In this document: positions 1-13,256 of the stretch, in pieces | How positions within the stretch are numbered: position 1 is the first letter of the stretch | How the letters are laid out: each line of letters opens with the position of its first letter | Assembly (NCBI GenBank): GCA_038890745.1 | Contig: JAWAFD010000004.1 | Coordinates: forward strand, 32,001-96,000 | DNA from: Candidatus Anstonellales archaeon | Lineage (GTDB): Archaea; Micrarchaeota; Micrarchaeia; Anstonellales; J096 | DNA length: 64,000 nucleotides | Direction of reading: 5' to 3' | Position numbers and translations under genes: made by a program | The notes under the pieces: model-generated | The model's input: the letters and a program-made list of their open reading frames with translations, nothing else | Database searches by the model: none | Told to the model about the DNA's origin: nothing

Positions 1-1335
1 GAGGAAAAGCAAAAGAGGAGAGAAGAGATTCTTAAGAAAATCTCAGAAATGGAGAAAAAGATAAAATCACTAAGCAGTGGTAAGACAAGAGAAAAAATAG
101 AAAAGGGGTTGGAAGAGGATAAAGCAAAACTGATGGAATGCAGAGAAAGAATTTTTTTCCTTAACAAAAAAATAGAAGAGGCGCAGGCTTCCATAAAAAC
201 AATTAAAGGGAAGGACATCTGCCCGGTTTGTCTCACAAAGCTTGATGAGAAAAAGCAGAGGCAGATTGAAAAGGAGTGGGAAGAAAAAATAACCCGATTC
301 AAAAAGGAATTTTCAGAGGAGAATGAAAAAATTGCGGAACTGTCAGAACGAATAAAAGAAAATGAAAAAACATTAGAGATGCTTAAGGAGATGGAAAAGC
401 AAATGGAGTTTTTAAGAAAGAGCATCCCTGCGGTGGAGGATGGGAGGAGGATTGCGGAAGAAATAAAAAAGTATGAGAAAGACATTTTATTACTCCTTGA
501 AGCTGAAGAGGAAAGTATAGGATTGTATTCAGAGATATCAGAAAAGGAAAAAACAGCTAATGAAATACTCTCAAAAAAGAAAGAGCTTGAGAATGCAAAA
601 AAAGAACTTGAAAAAGCAGAAAAGCAGATTGCGGAAATAGGGTTTGAGGAACAAAAATATCAGGAGGTTTCTGTTCAGTATCAAAATGCAAAGGAGGAGT
701 ATTCAACACTCAGGGCAGTTGTAGACGGAAAGCAGAAACTTATGAAAGAGAAAAAAGCAAGAGTAGAGGTTTACAAAAAAACCATCGAGCAGATAGAAGA
801 ATCAAAGAGATACATTGCAAAAATTGAAAAAGTGTTAGAGGATTTTGCGGTATACAGAAATGTGCTGGCGGAAATGCAGGTTAAATTAAGAAATGAGCTA
901 ATAGAAACAATAAACTCCGCGCTTGTTGAGATCTGGCCGGTTGTCTATCCCTATTCAGATTACCAAAGGGCGAGGGTGATCGCAGATGGCAAGGACTATA
1001 GGTTTGAGCTTTTCTCGAATGGAAGATGGGTCGAGATCGAAAAGGTTGCTAGCGGTGGGGAAAAGGCATGCTTTGCGATAGCGTTGAGGATCTCCTTGGC
1101 AATGACCCTCACCCCAAACATAAACTGGCTTGTTCTTGATGAGCCAACGCATAATCTAGATGCAAACGCAATAAATCTTTTGTCGCAGGCGATAGAAAAA
1201 ACCCTCCCATCATTGATAGAGCAGTTTTTCATAATCACCCATGAGGAATCCTTGATGGGTGCGAATTTCACAAAAGCATATCAGTTTAGGAGAGAGAAAA
1301 CATCCATGGACCCGACGGTTGTTGAGGAGATTTAG
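1..1335 (+). CDS. rad50: Rad50/SbcC-type SMC ATPase, C-terminal part (5' end outside window)
   Basis: Coiled coil with CPVC zinc hook, ABC signature ASGGE, Walker B/D-loop LVLDEPT, H-loop IITH; frame open from position 1. Confidence 0.85.
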   Translation, partial: EEKQKRREEILKKISEMEKKIKSLSSGKTREKIEKGLEEDKAKLMECRERIFFLNKKIEEAQASIKTIKGKDICPVCLTKLDEKKQRQIEKEWEEKITRFKKEFSEENEKIAELSERIKENEKTLEMLKEMEKQMEFLRKSIPAVEDGRRIAEEIKKYEKDILLLLEAEEESIGLYSEISEKEKTANEILSKKKELENAKKELEKAEKQIAEIGFEEQKYQEVSVQYQNAKEEYSTLRAVVDGKQKLMKEKKARVEVYKKTIEQIEESKRYIAKIEKVLEDFAVYRNVLAEMQVKLRNELIETINSALVEIWPVVYPYSDYQRARVIADGKDYRFELFSNGRWVEIEKVASGGEKACFAIALRISLAMTLTPNINWLVLDEPTHNLDANAINLLSQAIEKTLPSLIEQFFIITHEESLMGANFTKAYQFRREKTSMDPTVVEEI

Positions 1336-1376
1336 AAAAATGGTTATTTTTAAATTTTATTAATCAAAAGTATATC

Positions 1377-1721
1377 ATGAAAATGGTTGGTAGAACCCTA
1401 AAAGCAGTTTTCATTGGAATTACATTTTTATTGCCTTCACATCCAGTTTTTGCTAATGGGGGGATTGATGGTATGGTGGACACGACACAAATGAGTCAAT
1501 ACCAACGTATATATAGTGAGATAATAAAAATGAAAAAAGACGACAGTAAAGTTTTTTCCGATGTAGATATTGAGCTACTGGAGAGAATAACGAGAGATGC
1601 TGAGAAATCTACAGGAAAACTCTACTCAGTTATTCCTATTGAGGGTGGGTGTGAAGTTGCATGTCTAGGAAAATTTTCAGATTTTATCCCCAAAATAACT
1701 TATGAGATGCTTATTCAATAG
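1377..1721 (+). CDS. Hypothetical protein with possible signal peptide
   Basis: 114-aa ORF, hydrophobic N-terminus, AT-rich upstream region; no family recognised. Confidence 0.55.
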   Translation: MKMVGRTLKAVFIGITFLLPSHPVFANGGIDGMVDTTQMSQYQRIYSEIIKMKKDDSKVFSDVDIELLERITRDAEKSTGKLYSVIPIEGGCEVACLGKFSDFIPKITYEMLIQ

Positions 1722-3075
1722 ACGTTTCACCGAATTTTTTTAATATGTACTCCAGTTTATGTTTTTGGTGGTTTTCTATCTTATGGGTTCTGGCGTATTC
1801 TTTTAATGATTTTAGCAATGGCCTGCTAGTTCTTTTCCACGCTCCGTTAGAAAGTTTTTCCAAAGCAAAATTAAATACGTAGCTTTTTAGACTTTCGTCA
1901 CCCCCCTCTAGAACATGCGCCATTCCGGCGGATGAGTATAATTCGATATCATCCGGTGTAATTCCATAAACCTTGTCTAAATTATTTTCGTGCATATATT
2001 CGACTAAATTTCCACCACCTATCGCAAGAGAATAGTACCCAACAATATTAAACCACGTAGGGTATTCTTTGTAAAGAATTATCAATTCTGCTATCTCCTT
2101 TGGTTCTTCTACAGACACCCTCTCAGTATCAATCCCCTGCAAAAACAAAACCCAAGCCAATCCATTTATTGTAGCTTTGGTTATCAGCCCAAGTTTAATA
2201 GCCGCCCTGTATACTATCTCCGCATTGCTCAGCAAAAGATCCCTTTCTATCCCAATCTTATTCCCTGCCTCAATCAGCAGATATGTAGCGTAGTTGCTAA
2301 AAAACAAGCCAACCATTGCATTAAAATTATCATAAATTCTATACTCAACAAGCTGAAGGTTTGCTTTTTCAAAATGTTTTCTTATCATTTCTTCATCCAT
2401 CTTTCCTTCTTTAAAATAAACCCCGCCAACATCTTTCAAAGCCCCATCAAGAAAATAGACTTTTCCTTCACCATCCAAAAAAACAAATGTATGACTTTGT
2501 AGATTTCCACTCTCAGTTCTTACAACACATTCGGCAACTTTTGGATTCTGATTTTTCAGATAACTTACAAGATAGGCAATAAAGGTAAACTCAAGGCAAC
2601 CCAATTTTTCTTGTTTTTCTGGATTAATCTCATCCAAATATCCTGGTTTTCCAGCAGCAGACTCCCACGTGAAATTCGATATTAGATAGAGATACGCTGT
2701 GCTTATCCTCTCCAAAACAGTTCCTTCAGCAGAATTGTACCCTTCATTAAACTTGTTTATGAGCTCTGCTGGAATCTTTCTTACTCTGTCCATGTCTGGA
2801 AATTGGGGAAGAAAAGGCTCTTCTAAAGAATACTGTCTTGCAAGGCTCATTATTGTTAAGACTGCTTCCGGGTGGTTCTCTGCCCAGTCAAACAAAGCCC
2901 TCATTAAATAAGGATCTCTTTCTTCAATTCCTCTCTTGAAATCCTGAAAACTGTTTAGATACTCTTTCGCTTTTTCGTATTCTTTGTATCCCTCTGCTTC
3001 CTTTTTGAATGATTTAAAAAGTTCAGTAGGTGTGAGTTCTTCAAGTTTTTTCAATTCCGGGAGGGCAGAGGCCAT
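1711..3075 (-). CDS. Hypothetical protein, possible transglutaminase-like (Cys-His-Asp) domain followed by a helical region
   Basis: 454-aa ORF; motifs LGCLEF ... SHTFVFL ... YFLDG in transglutaminase-like order. Confidence 0.5.
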   Translation of the reverse strand: MASALPELKKLEELTPTELFKSFKKEAEGYKEYEKAKEYLNSFQDFKRGIEERDPYLMRALFDWAENHPEAVLTIMSLARQYSLEEPFLPQFPDMDRVRKIPAELINKFNEGYNSAEGTVLERISTAYLYLISNFTWESAAGKPGYLDEINPEKQEKLGCLEFTFIAYLVSYLKNQNPKVAECVVRTESGNLQSHTFVFLDGEGKVYFLDGALKDVGGVYFKEGKMDEEMIRKHFEKANLQLVEYRIYDNFNAMVGLFFSNYATYLLIEAGNKIGIERDLLLSNAEIVYRAAIKLGLITKATINGLAWVLFLQGIDTERVSVEEPKEIAELIILYKEYPTWFNIVGYYSLAIGGGNLVEYMHENNLDKVYGITPDDIELYSSAGMAHVLEGGDESLKSYVFNFALEKLSNGAWKRTSRPLLKSLKEYARTHKIENHQKHKLEYILKKFGETSIE

Positions 3076-3110
3076 AACAGAAGTTGGTAAGAAAGTGTTT
3101 AAAAAGTTGT

Positions 3111-5483
3111 TTAGAAAAACTCCCTTATGCTCTTCTGGTTTCCAAGTCCTCTTACGTCCTCTTCGCTTACCCCAAGCTCTTTTAGTATTTTCATAACCGC
3201 AGGAAGGATCTGGTTGTTTACATAATACTCAGGATCGTAGTCACCTTCCTTAGCCATCTCAACAGGAATGGCTTTCTCTGAAATGCTCCTCCCTCTTTTG
3301 GAAACTATATACCCGATTACATTCCCGCTCTCTACCTTTCTTCCCTCAAGCTTCTCAAGCTTAAGCGCAGCAGCAACCTCAGGGCTTGTAACCTCATACG
3401 CTCGTGGCTCTTTTTTCAATTCAGTATAGATTACCAGATCCTTTAGCTTCGCATGTCCTTTCATTATTTCGTTCACGGTTTCCTTCACGATCTCGATTGC
3501 TTTCTCCTTGCTTCCTTCCTGAAGGATTGCTTTCAGAACTTTTAGTTGTGTTTTTTTTGCAATCGGGCTCCAGTCCCTTCTCACAAGCTCAAACCCTCTT
3601 ATCTTTATCTCCCCTTTTTCGTTTATTAGCGCATATTTCTTTTTAGCACCTTTTTCCTCTGCTTTTTTGCTTACAAAAACCCCGCGCTTATAAAAATCTT
3701 CAAGCTCAAGCTCCATCTTCTCGGGTAGATTCTTGTTTATGTGCTCCATGAATCTCAAAGCATCCTCTTTTGTTTTGTTTCCAAGAAGCAAAAAGAGGGA
3801 GTCAGTATCTTGATACAGAACAGTAAACCCCCACTTTTCAGCTTCTTTTCCCGCGTTTAGTATGTGCTCCCTTCCCAGTGCAGTAACGCTCTCCGCACAT
3901 TCCCTTTTGTACCATCTCGAGCGTGCGTACCCTAGATATCCATAGAATGAATTTGAAATTATCTTCAGCGCCTGGCTTCTCGCCTTTAGTTTCTCATACT
4001 CCTCGCTCCCTTTCCTCAAACTTTTCAATTTCTTCTTAATCTCAGTTCTCATGTCAACGAGCTTTTCAAGAGTTGAGGGGATGAGCCCCTTTGGTTTTTT
4101 TAAAAAATGCGCGCCAGTAGGAGAGGCGTAAGAGTTTTCTTTGCCCTCGGTAAGCGTGAAAGGATCTATATTATAGCTTATTATTATGGATGGGTACAGC
4201 CCGCGGAAATCAAAAACAGCAATATTTTCGTATATCCCGGGAGCAGGAAGCTTGACAAAAGCGCCCTTTATCGGGTTTGCCATTCTCCATTTTATCTCCT
4301 CCTCTTTTGGCTTCCTTGGTATGATCATGTTTCTTTTCTGCGCCTCATGGATAAGCATGCTTTCAACAAGCTGGCCGGATGTGCTCAGGGTTGTTTCAAA
4401 AAGGGTCATGTTTGCAAGGACAGAAAGCTCTTTCTCAAGCTCAAGGAGCGCCTCACCGACACTGAAAACAGCTTCTGCATCCGCAAGCGAGTACTCAAAC
4501 AGTTCTTCCTTGTTTTCATCCCAAAGTTTCCATATATCCAGCCGTTTGACCATCAGCTTTTCTTTACCCACAACACTTTCATAAACATCCTGTAAGGTAA
4601 ATTTGTTCACATTTATTACTCCTATCTGTCCGAGCAGCCTTGAAGCGGGATAGAGGTCAAAATGTACTCTCCCGGGTATGGTAAGGCCGGTGCTCAGCCC
4701 TTTCTTTCTTCTCTTTGCCCGCTCCTTCCATCTTGCAAAATCAACCCTCGCCTTTATTACCTTTCCCCTACTCTCCAAATAGGGAATGTCAAAGTTTGAT
4801 GAGTTGTACCCGTATATGATCTCCGGGTCGTATTTTTTTATTTTCTCTGAGAAAAGCGAAAACATCTCCTTTTCATCTTTTGCGAGAACAATACTCTCGT
4901 TTTTGTTTTTCTTGTAAGTTATAACTTTTTTTTCATCCGGTGTTTTGTAGCTTATCATTATAACCGGGTCCTTTTTCGCATCCGGCGCGCCATGTGGGTT
5001 GTACACCTCTATGTCAAAGCCCAATCTCTTTTCAAACTCAACCCTATCCTCGCTATCGCAGGAAATAAATTTTTTTATAAGCCTCCCATCCCGCTCGTAG
5101 GTTATCAGCGAGAGGGGGGTAAGTGAAAAATCGCTAAGAAACCTTTTTGTAAAAACAATATCATACTCGTAGCATTCGTACCCTAGCTTATGGTATATGT
5201 ACTCCCTTAGTTTCGGCACATCCTTTGGGGATTCGGCGTAGATTTTTGTGAGCTTCTTTTTTTCATTCCCAAAAAATTTTTCGCTCTCCTCTACCCTCTT
5301 TATTCTAGCGCCATTATACACCCCCGGCTTTATTTTTGTTATTGGGATATCGCTGAAAAAATACGGGTCGTATGGAAAATAAAGCCGGCAGTATTTTTTT
5401 CCTTTTAGAATAAGTTTTACGTATGTCTTTCCATTCTTCGTAATATACCCAACATCTATTAGGTAAGCCTTTCGCCTAACCAT
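3111..5483 (-). CDS. polB: Family B DNA polymerase
   Basis: Exonuclease motifs FDIE and YNSSNFD; polymerase motifs DFRGLYPS, KIISNSFYG, DTDS; C-terminal PIP-like QKSIREFF. Confidence 0.97.
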   Translation of the reverse strand: MVRRKAYLIDVGYITKNGKTYVKLILKGKKYCRLYFPYDPYFFSDIPITKIKPGVYNGARIKRVEESEKFFGNEKKKLTKIYAESPKDVPKLREYIYHKLGYECYEYDIVFTKRFLSDFSLTPLSLITYERDGRLIKKFISCDSEDRVEFEKRLGFDIEVYNPHGAPDAKKDPVIMISYKTPDEKKVITYKKNKNESIVLAKDEKEMFSLFSEKIKKYDPEIIYGYNSSNFDIPYLESRGKVIKARVDFARWKERAKRRKKGLSTGLTIPGRVHFDLYPASRLLGQIGVINVNKFTLQDVYESVVGKEKLMVKRLDIWKLWDENKEELFEYSLADAEAVFSVGEALLELEKELSVLANMTLFETTLSTSGQLVESMLIHEAQKRNMIIPRKPKEEEIKWRMANPIKGAFVKLPAPGIYENIAVFDFRGLYPSIIISYNIDPFTLTEGKENSYASPTGAHFLKKPKGLIPSTLEKLVDMRTEIKKKLKSLRKGSEEYEKLKARSQALKIISNSFYGYLGYARSRWYKRECAESVTALGREHILNAGKEAEKWGFTVLYQDTDSLFLLLGNKTKEDALRFMEHINKNLPEKMELELEDFYKRGVFVSKKAEEKGAKKKYALINEKGEIKIRGFELVRRDWSPIAKKTQLKVLKAILQEGSKEKAIEIVKETVNEIMKGHAKLKDLVIYTELKKEPRAYEVTSPEVAAALKLEKLEGRKVESGNVIGYIVSKRGRSISEKAIPVEMAKEGDYDPEYYVNNQILPAVMKILKELGVSEEDVRGLGNQKSIREFF

Positions 5484-5522
5484 GATTTAGAATGAAAGGA
5501 AAAATTTATTTATGTATTTAAA

Positions 5523-6287
5523 CTACTTTCCCTGCTTTCTTAGAGCAAGCTCTTTTGTAATAAGCTCTTTCATTACACTATGCGGGATGAACCTTCTCCC
5601 ACCTATCTTTACATGAGGAATCCTTCCCCGGTCGAGCCTTCTCTCAAAAGCGTTCCTCCTTATCATTATATTTTTCTTGTGCAGTTCCTCGAGCGCTTGG
5701 GAAACGGAGTAATAGTTTCGAGCGATGTGAGTGAGGGCGTCAATCGCGTTTTTAGGTATAAGGCGTTTTGTCCCTATTTTAACTGATGGAATGGAGTTTT
5801 TCTCTATCCTTCCTATGAACGCCCTGTACCCTATTTCTGGGTTTGCCTTTTTGTATTCCTCATACGCTTCCCTTACAGTATAAAACTGCTTTGATAGGTT
5901 TACAATATCATTGAGAATATCTACAGCTATGTATCTTTTTTTGCCTATTTTTGTGGATGGGACTGTGCCCCTTTCTATCCTTCCACCAAAAGCCCTAAAA
6001 GAAATTGGATAGCCCTTTGAGCGCAGGTACTCATACGCTTCCTGAATATCGAGAAGGCCTGTTTTCTTCAGCGCGCTCCGCTCCACCTTTCCTACTTTAT
6101 ACAATTCCTGTGCTTTTCTGGAAACTTCTGCAACAGTGCTGCTCAGGTTTTTTTCAACCTGTTCCCTGGTTTTCCTAATACTGTTTATATCTATTCCCTT
6201 GAAAGCATCGATCCACTCATCATCAATCTCCTGGTTTATCACGATTCTTCTTCCACGGGGCATATTACCACCTTCTTCTATTTTCAC
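5523..6287 (-). CDS. DNA-binding protein with three tandem MerR/Xis-like (HTH_17-type) domains
   Basis: Three ~52-aa repeats of pattern (Y)xVxEAYExL...RAFxxRIExGxIPSxKIGxRRxI; start may be ATG at 6263. Confidence 0.75.
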   Translation of the reverse strand: MKIEEGGNMPRGRRIVINQEIDDEWIDAFKGIDINSIRKTREQVEKNLSSTVAEVSRKAQELYKVGKVERSALKKTGLLDIQEAYEYLRSKGYPISFRAFGGRIERGTVPSTKIGKKRYIAVDILNDIVNLSKQFYTVREAYEEYKKANPEIGYRAFIGRIEKNSIPSVKIGTKRLIPKNAIDALTHIARNYYSVSQALEELHKKNIMIRRNAFERRLDRGRIPHVKIGGRRFIPHSVMKELITKELALRKQGK

Positions 6288-6344
6288 TCACATCGCTACG
6301 TATATATTTTTTGTGAGTATGTATTTAAAAACCTATCGCCATTT

Positions 6345-7526
6345 TTACACCTTCCTAGACTGCTCATAAACAATCTTCCCCAAAAACCCTACTAATACCA
6401 CTACGACAACAAACAGGATTGTCAAAAACGGGCCCCAATCCTCTCCTTTCCTTTCCTCTTCGACCACACCTTCGCTGACTTCCACTACACCCTCAGCACT
6501 CCTCATGTTTCCTTCATTGTCCTTCAAAAAAACCACAAAATTTGTTGCCCCTTCCTTTAAATTTAATTTGTACGCCCCACCTTCCTTAAATGCGCTGTAC
6601 TTTGTTTTATCATCAGGATAGGCAACCCAAACCTCGGCTATTCCAGAGGGTCTCTCCCCCGGATCCTCTGCCTCTATCACAAGCACGGTCCCGTTCTTTT
6701 CAAGATATAATTTTTTAATCACCGGAGCCCGCAGGTCAAAAACCATAGAATACTCCACCTGTTTTGTCATGTCAATGTCAAGCTCCATCTCTTTTTCCCC
6801 GCAGACTACTTTTCCGTAGTATGTTCCCTTCGGAGTTTGTATGGCGAGTGTTTTGAAAAACGAATAGTTTTTGTTTTCAAGCTGAAAAAAACATTCCATC
6901 CCCTCGCCGGAATCATCGAAAACATTAACCGTAAGGTTAGAATATGCAACGCTTATATCAAAAGTTCTGTCATCATCCACCCATATCTCTGTGCTCCTCT
7001 GCCCTCCTGTATAAAGTATTGTGATCTTTGCGGCTCCTTCTAAAACATTGAAGCTGGCAACCCCGTTTTCTGAATTTTTCTCCTCTCCATTCACTATAAT
7101 CGTAGCCGGAATGGGGTTTCCATTCTCATCCCTCACTTTTACGGTAAGAATGTAAGCATTTTCAAAAACAAAGGTTAGTATGCTTCCGTGCCTTCCGACA
7201 AAAACATCCCTCATCTCCTTCTTTTTGCCTTTATAATTCACAAAAATATCATAGGTACAGTCGAGCTTCGGCTCGTACCACTGATAATTCCTGAGTTTAG
7301 CCAAAACCATTCCATCGCTTCCGGTTGTGAGGTTAGCAAGCCCATATACCCCCTCGCTCTCAACCCCACCATAATCCATCTGAAAATATATTTGAACGGT
7401 TGCATTCTCCAAAGGCCTTGAGTAGTGATCAACTACTTTTATGAAAACATCCTCGCTCCATGATGGCTCGCATTCGGCAGGAAAAAGAAAAGAAAGCAAA
7501 AGCAAAAAAACAAAAATTTTTTTCAT
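6345..7526 (-). CDS. Secreted beta-sandwich (carboxypeptidase-regulatory/Ig-like) protein with C-terminal membrane anchor
   Basis: Signal peptide, repeated VxVxDxxGxPI/L motifs, C-terminal TM helix; overlaps the gyrA stop by 4 nt. Confidence 0.7.
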   Translation of the reverse strand: MKKIFVFLLLLSFLFPAECEPSWSEDVFIKVVDHYSRPLENATVQIYFQMDYGGVESEGVYGLANLTTGSDGMVLAKLRNYQWYEPKLDCTYDIFVNYKGKKKEMRDVFVGRHGSILTFVFENAYILTVKVRDENGNPIPATIIVNGEEKNSENGVASFNVLEGAAKITILYTGGQRSTEIWVDDDRTFDISVAYSNLTVNVFDDSGEGMECFFQLENKNYSFFKTLAIQTPKGTYYGKVVCGEKEMELDIDMTKQVEYSMVFDLRAPVIKKLYLEKNGTVLVIEAEDPGERPSGIAEVWVAYPDDKTKYSAFKEGGAYKLNLKEGATNFVVFLKDNEGNMRSAEGVVEVSEGVVEEERKGEDWGPFLTILFVVVVVLVGFLGKIVYEQSRKV

Positions 7527-9913
7527 ATCCCCCCCTCGCCCTCAAACACATCAAAACTGCTTACCTCCTCACCCTCTTCAAGCCTTATCAACCTTACCCC
7601 CTGCGTCGCCCGGCCTATTACAGAAATAGTATTCGCCGGAATTCTTATCGCCTTCCCCTTTGATGTGATTAGTATAACTTCATCTTTATCATCTATTGCT
7701 TTAACTCCAACAACAAGCCCGTTCTTTTCAGTTGCCTTTAGGTTTATTACCCCAGTTCCTCCCCTCCCCTGCTTTCTGTACTCGCTAATCTCTGTTCTTT
7801 TTCCATACCCCTTTGTTGTTACGGTTAGAACTGTTGGTTTATTGCATACTGTAAGGGAAGCGACCTCATCCCCTTCCCTTAGCCTTATTCCTATCACACC
7901 TGCGGCATTCCTTCCAACCTCCCTTATCTCCTCCTCCCCAAACCTTATCGCCATTCCTTTCCTCGTTGCTAGTATTACATCATCCTTTCCGCTTGTTTTA
8001 GCAACCTCTATAAGCTCATCCCCTTCCTCCTTTAAAGTAAATGCTCTTATCCCACCCCTCCTAGGGTTTGAAAACTCCTCCATGGCAGTTCTTTTTGCTA
8101 TTCCTTTTTTTGTTAAGAAAAATACATACCCGGTTTCAAGAGCTTTTGTTGGAAGGATTCTCAAAACCTTTTCGTTTTCCTCAACCTGAATCAAGTTTAC
8201 TATTGGCTTACCCTTTCCATACCTATCTGCTTCTGGTATTTCATATGCTTTTAGCCAGTGAACCTTTCCTTTATCCGTGAAAGCAAGAAGGGTTGCTTTG
8301 TTTGTTGTGACCATGAGCTCTCTTACCCCATCCTCCTCTACCCCAACCCCTATTACACCTTTTCCTCCCCTCCCCTGCTTTCTGTACTCTTCCAAACTGG
8401 TTCTTTTTACATATCCCTTCATCGTAACCGTGATCACAACCTCCTTATCCTCAATCAAACTTTCCTCAAAGAATTCTTGAACCTCCTCGCTGCTTATCTC
8501 TGTCTTTCTCTCATCACCATATTTTTTCTTTATCTCCATAAGTTCTTCCTTTATTATTCCATCAACCTTTTCCGGGCTTTCAAGAACCCCGCGGCACCAT
8601 TCAATATTCTTTTTAAGCTCCTCATACTCGGTGTTCAGCTTCTCTTGTTCAAGCCCAACCAATTTTTGCAGCTTCATATCCAGTATTGCCTTTGCCTGCG
8701 CCTCATCTATTTTCAGCATCCCCTTCAATCCTTCTACTGCTTCGGCAACCTCTTTTGTTTTTCTCAGAAAAGAAACAACATTATCAACATCTCTCAGCGC
8801 AGCAAGGAGACCCTCAACAATATGCGCTCTTTCCTCGGCTTTTTTGAGAACGAACGCGGTTCTTTTTCTTACAATTTCCCGCCTGAAATTTAAGAACTCG
8901 TTAAGCATTTCTATTAAACTCATGAGTTTTGGCTGCTTTCCGACAAGTGCAACATTTATTATTCCGAAACTACTCTCCAAACCCGTGTAAGCATAAAGCT
9001 TTTTCAGTATTGCCTCGGCATCTGCATTCTTCTTTATTTTTATGCGAAGCTCCATCCCTGTTTTATCGCTCCTATCCTGGACATCCGCAATCCCATCTAT
9101 TTTTCCTGCTTTCACCGCTTCTACAATATCTTCTATAATCTTCGTTTTTGTAACCTGGTATGGGATTTCCGTAATTATTATTTCATTGTCCTCAACCTTT
9201 GCCTTTGCCCTCACCCTTATTATTCCCTTTCCTGTTTTGTATGCGCTTATTATCCCGGCCCGTCCAACTATGACCCCGCCAGTCGGAAAGTCCGGGCCCT
9301 TTACTATTCCCAGCACCTCTTCCTCTCCCTTTCCATCTATTATCGCAATCAGTGCATCGCATATCTCGTTTATGTTGTGCGGCGGGATGTTTGTTGCCAT
9401 TCCAACAGCAATCCCAGAGGAGCCGTTTATGAGAAGATTGGGAATTTTTGCCGGGAGAACAACCGGCTCCTTTAAACTCCCATCAAAATTCGGCGCAAAA
9501 TCAACAGTTTCCTTTTCAATATCCTCCAGCATCTCTTCAGCAATTCTACTCATTCTAACTTCAGTGTACCTCATCGCGGCCGGGGCATCCCCATCTATGC
9601 TCCCGAAATTTCCCTGCCCATCCACAAGCGTGTACCTCAAACTGAAATCCTGCGCCATCCTCACGAGCGAATCGTATATTGCCATATCCCCATGAGGATG
9701 GTACTTACCCAAAACCTCTCCAACAACCCTTGCGCTTTTCTTATACTGCGCAGAGCTTGTGTTCCCGAGCTCCTTCATAGCGTAAAGTATTCTTCTGTGC
9801 ACAGGCTTCAATCCATCCCTTACATCCGGAAGAGCCCTCCCAACGATCACGCTCATCGCATAGGTAAGGTAGCTTTCTTTCAGGTCCTTTTCAACTGGGA
9901 TATCAACCATCAT
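7523..9913 (-). CDS. gyrA: DNA gyrase subunit A
   Basis: [22 protein letters not shown], catalytic AAMRYTE, GyrA-box QGRGGKG in the C-terminal pinwheel. Confidence 0.98.
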   Translation of the reverse strand: MMVDIPVEKDLKESYLTYAMSVIVGRALPDVRDGLKPVHRRILYAMKELGNTSSAQYKKSARVVGEVLGKYHPHGDMAIYDSLVRMAQDFSLRYTLVDGQGNFGSIDGDAPAAMRYTEVRMSRIAEEMLEDIEKETVDFAPNFDGSLKEPVVLPAKIPNLLINGSSGIAVGMATNIPPHNINEICDALIAIIDGKGEEEVLGIVKGPDFPTGGVIVGRAGIISAYKTGKGIIRVRAKAKVEDNEIIITEIPYQVTKTKIIEDIVEAVKAGKIDGIADVQDRSDKTGMELRIKIKKNADAEAILKKLYAYTGLESSFGIINVALVGKQPKLMSLIEMLNEFLNFRREIVRKRTAFVLKKAEERAHIVEGLLAALRDVDNVVSFLRKTKEVAEAVEGLKGMLKIDEAQAKAILDMKLQKLVGLEQEKLNTEYEELKKNIEWCRGVLESPEKVDGIIKEELMEIKKKYGDERKTEISSEEVQEFFEESLIEDKEVVITVTMKGYVKRTSLEEYRKQGRGGKGVIGVGVEEDGVRELMVTTNKATLLAFTDKGKVHWLKAYEIPEADRYGKGKPIVNLIQVEENEKVLRILPTKALETGYVFFLTKKGIAKRTAMEEFSNPRRGGIRAFTLKEEGDELIEVAKTSGKDDVILATRKGMAIRFGEEEIREVGRNAAGVIGIRLREGDEVASLTVCNKPTVLTVTTKGYGKRTEISEYRKQGRGGTGVINLKATEKNGLVVGVKAIDDKDEVILITSKGKAIRIPANTISVIGRATQGVRLIRLEEGEEVSSFDVFEGEGGI

Positions 9914-9921
9914 TTTCTCGC

Positions 9922-11868
<1,947 letters not shown>

Positions 11869-11980
11869 TTAAAAAACTATCTATTTTTGATTGTTGGGTA
11901 GCAGATGAGGATTTGGTTTTAAATTATTAGTTTTATTAAAAAACAAAAAATTTAAATATTTGTTTTCTTATAAAACAAAT

Positions 11981-13231
11981 ATGAGATTAGATGAACTCAA
12001 TCATTGGTGGGTTGAAAAACAGGTAAAAAAAGAGTTTGCACCAACAACACGCAGGGTTCTCTTCAACACCATTAAAAAAGAACTTAGTCGCAGACAAGTC
12101 CAGATAGTTGTTGGATTAAGAAGGGTTGGTAAATCAACAATATTCTACCAACTTATAGATGACCTAATCAGATGTGGCACAGATCCCATGCACATTGTTT
12201 ATTGCAACTTTGATGAACCAGAGCTACAAGAAAAAAGGGTTGATGATCTACTCAAAGAGTATTCAAAGTTAACTAATGTAGATTATAAGAAAGAAAAGAT
12301 CTACTTATTTTTAGACGAAGCACAAAAAGCTAAAAACTGGGTTGCGGATGTAAAACTGATTTATGATAACCTGCGCAATATAAAAATCTTGGTTTCTGGT
12401 TCGGCATCGCTGAATCTTCTATGTGAAGCTAAAAAAAGTTTGGCTGGTAGAGCTATACACTACGAGTTAAGGCCATTAAGCTTCAGTGAATTTTTAGACC
12501 TGAAAGGTATTCGAATTGAAAAAACAAGATTCCTGCTGTATCGAGAAGTACTTGAAAAGGAGTTTGACAAATTTCTTATGAGACCTTTCCCAGAGCTCAT
12601 TGCTGAAAAAGACACGAGATTTATCAAAAATTATATAAGAAGTTCTGTGATCGAGCCAATTATCCTAAAAGACATCCCAAAAGAGTTTAAAGAAGTTGAT
12701 ATTCTCTTATTAGAAAAACTTCTTAACATCTTTCTCACAAGGCCCGGCCAGTATCTACGGCTTGATGAACTGGCTAAAGAACTAAAGCGAGCCAAAACAA
12801 CCCTATACAAAGCCCTATTCTATCTTGAATTCTCATTTTTAATTAAAAGGGTCTTAAACTTCAGACCTTCCATAAGAGCCGCATCCAGAAAACTGGCTAG
12901 GGTTTATGCTTATCATCCGTGCTTGCTCCTTCCTTTTGACGTAAGTGAGGAACAGTTCGCAGAGAATCTTGTACTATTTGAATTAAACACAAGATATTAT
13001 TGGCGTGACAAGGAAAGGGAGATTGATTTCTTAGCAGACTCAATCCCCGTGGAAGTCAAGCTCAAACCCAGAATCAGTAAAGAGGATACACGGTGGATAG
13101 AATTCTTTCTAAAAAAATATGGGAGGAGTTTGAACATCCAGAAGGCTTACATCATTACAAAAAATTTAGAGGGAAGAATGGATAACATCCAATTAATTCC
13201 GCTATGGAAATTTTGTTTTGAAGGGCTCTGA
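11981..13231 (+). CDS. AAA_14/DUF4143-type ATP-binding protein
   Basis: Walker A GLRRVGKS, Walker B FLDEAQ, SGSAS, C-terminal EIDF...PVEVK; ATG at 11981 preferred over TTG at 11960. Confidence 0.85.
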   Translation: MRLDELNHWWVEKQVKKEFAPTTRRVLFNTIKKELSRRQVQIVVGLRRVGKSTIFYQLIDDLIRCGTDPMHIVYCNFDEPELQEKRVDDLLKEYSKLTNVDYKKEKIYLFLDEAQKAKNWVADVKLIYDNLRNIKILVSGSASLNLLCEAKKSLAGRAIHYELRPLSFSEFLDLKGIRIEKTRFLLYREVLEKEFDKFLMRPFPELIAEKDTRFIKNYIRSSVIEPIILKDIPKEFKEVDILLLEKLLNIFLTRPGQYLRLDELAKELKRAKTTLYKALFYLEFSFLIKRVLNFRPSIRAASRKLARVYAYHPCLLLPFDVSEEQFAENLVLFELNTRYYWRDKEREIDFLADSIPVEVKLKPRISKEDTRWIEFFLKKYGRSLNIQKAYIITKNLEGRMDNIQLIPLWKFCFEGL

Positions 13232-13256
13232 CCCTTAAAAGATAATGAGCTTATTT

